Source: Haliotis rufescens (Eukaryota). Taken from it: a stretch of DNA of 64,000 nt. Location: positions 47,740,001-47,804,000 of the forward strand of contig NW_025964361.1 of NCBI RefSeq assembly GCF_023055435.1, given 5' to 3'. Shown here piece by piece: positions 62,350 to 64,000 of the stretch (the stretch's first letter is position 1; every line of letters begins with the position of its first letter). Below the pieces are notes generated by a model. It did no database searches. It was not told the origin of the DNA and worked only from the letters and a program-made list of their open reading frames with translations. Made by a program: the position numbers and the translations under genes.

Positions 62350-62512
62350 GGGGCGTGGGGTAGTTGAGTGGTTAAAGTGTTCGCTCGTCATGCCAAAGAC
62401 CTGGGTTGATTCCCGACATGGGTACAATGTGTGAAGCCCATTTCTGGTGTTATTGGTGGAGTATTGGTGGAATATTGCTGAAAGCAGCATAAAACCCTAC
62501 ACACTTACTCAC
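62350..62512 (+). mobile_element. SINE A (diverged)
   Basis: Homology to 4249-4441. Confidence 0.85.
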
Positions 62513-63168
62513 ATTTAGTGAACAGAGATGATGTCTTTCGGGAATGCTGTGATGTTACCCTGGAAGTGGAAGATGCCAGGATACATGCCGTAGATGCCGA
62601 CCCTGATAACAATACCCACTTGGTCAACAGAATGTGCAACAACAAAAACAACTAAAAAAAGCCCTAAATCAAAGTTGTTCTGATAAATATTGATCCAGTT
62701 TCATTTTTAATTAATGTGGTACCATTTTCCCAAGCTGAATGGGATTATGAAAAAAAAATAAAAAATTGTCAAGTATTCATGAACAGTCCAGATTTCCGTG
62801 CTTTAATTTTCATTTAAACACGTTTTTCAAGCAATCATAATGGAAGGCACGCTCTCTTTCATTTCATAATTAAGAACATTTCACCATAGTACAGACCTAC
62901 ATCACAATATGGCACAGTAGGAGTCGGTTTTACAAGACTACCTGGAGGTCAAGTATGCAGGCAATATCATACATGTCTTAGTTAGCAAGGAATATAATGT
63001 AGAAGGATACTAGTACAATTATGTTTTTCAGATAAGTGTTTTCATTTAACTGACTTGGGCTACTGTTCAAAACAACACCAGGATCAGCGTATGTTTACTG
63101 AGCATGTTCCGGTTTAAGCTCTTGTCATCTCTTTGGTGTTTAGCATCACTATTATCTTACTGACCTGG

Positions 63169-63272
63169 GTGCCGTTGTACAAAGCGATCTTACCGCTAAG
63201 GTGATCGTAACTCCTAACCTTAACATAGACTTACGACAGTCGTAGCGCTAGGGTTGTTTTGTACAACGACAC
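63169..63272. mobile_element. Tiny palindromic MITE-like element
   Basis: GTGCCGTTGTACAAA...TTTGTACAACGACAC with further internal symmetry. Confidence 0.6.
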
Positions 63273-64000
63273 AACGATTCATAGTGTATTGTGAACGGCA
63301 TAGCCCTTTTCACAGGTTATGGTCAAAAGGACCTCAAACACATTGGTCAGAAGGGCCACTGTAAAAAGTCAAAAGGGCCACTGTAAAAAGTCAAAATGGC
63401 CACAAACCAAAAGCTTACCGAAGACAATTTACACACGCAGGTTTCACTATAGATCAAAGGTCAATCAACACAGTACCGAAGCATGTATTACAAAAGCCTA
63501 GAAGAAACGACACCAAAACGTGTTACTAATGATCAATCTTTATTGTTAAGTCCTTTGATTTATTGAAATATAGTAACAACACAAATAGAACTAACACTAT
63601 TTATTAGAATTCTTTATGTTATACTATTTCATGTGGCTCATTTGATTTTTTGGTGTTTGCGTTTTAACATAGGTTTGTTCCCCTTTTAACAGCCATATCA
63701 GTCCTATTTGTGTAGACATGCTGTACATGCTGTATAGTGCTACCATGCAGCGATGCTTTACTTACTCTCTATTATTATATCTGTGATAACAGGAGATCAA
63801 GGACTGTTTGAAAACAGTACAGCAGTACATTGCGGGGTGTGGAAATACACATATCGCATTTCCTCTAATAAGCACCAAGGCGCTTATTTGAACAAGCTTC
63901 CAAACCCGGCAGGTATGAGTCCTGGTGGTAAGAGACCCAGCGCTAAACAACTACGCCGTTGCATAATACACATGGAAGCTTCTAGCACAGTATGGTCGTA

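Overview
Eukaryotic (animal) genomic DNA, most likely a gastropod mollusc of the abalone type, judged from the SINE repertoire (inference). Two multi-exon genes are arranged divergently. (1) Minus strand, 1-9227: the 5' part (6 coding exons, running off the left edge) of a membrane-anchored GH13 alpha-glucosidase/maltase of the SLC3A1(rBAT)-related group. (2) Plus strand, 24616-60891: a complete AASDH/ACSF4 (beta-alanine-activating enzyme, NRPS-like A-T-PQQ/beta-propeller architecture) with 16 coding exons that I could splice in frame with GT-AG ends (4845 nt, ~1614 aa). It carries lineage-specific coding repeats and a ~370-aa insertion. Introns and the intergenic region hold several SINE families, nested MITEs, two Helentron-type non-autonomous elements, a dead mariner, a LINE remnant, a 416-bp TRIM whose LTRs contain a tRNA-Arg-like sequence (Helenus-type), 13 non-coding minisatellite arrays and two N gaps. 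The most striking pattern is that the arrays are not random. Five (possibly six) have units that are copies of the adjacent exon-intron junction, including the splice site, and three more appear seeded from functional motifs of transposons (SINE A-box head, SINE body, MITE TIR). Almost all long ORFs in the supplied track outside the exons are repeat artefacts.
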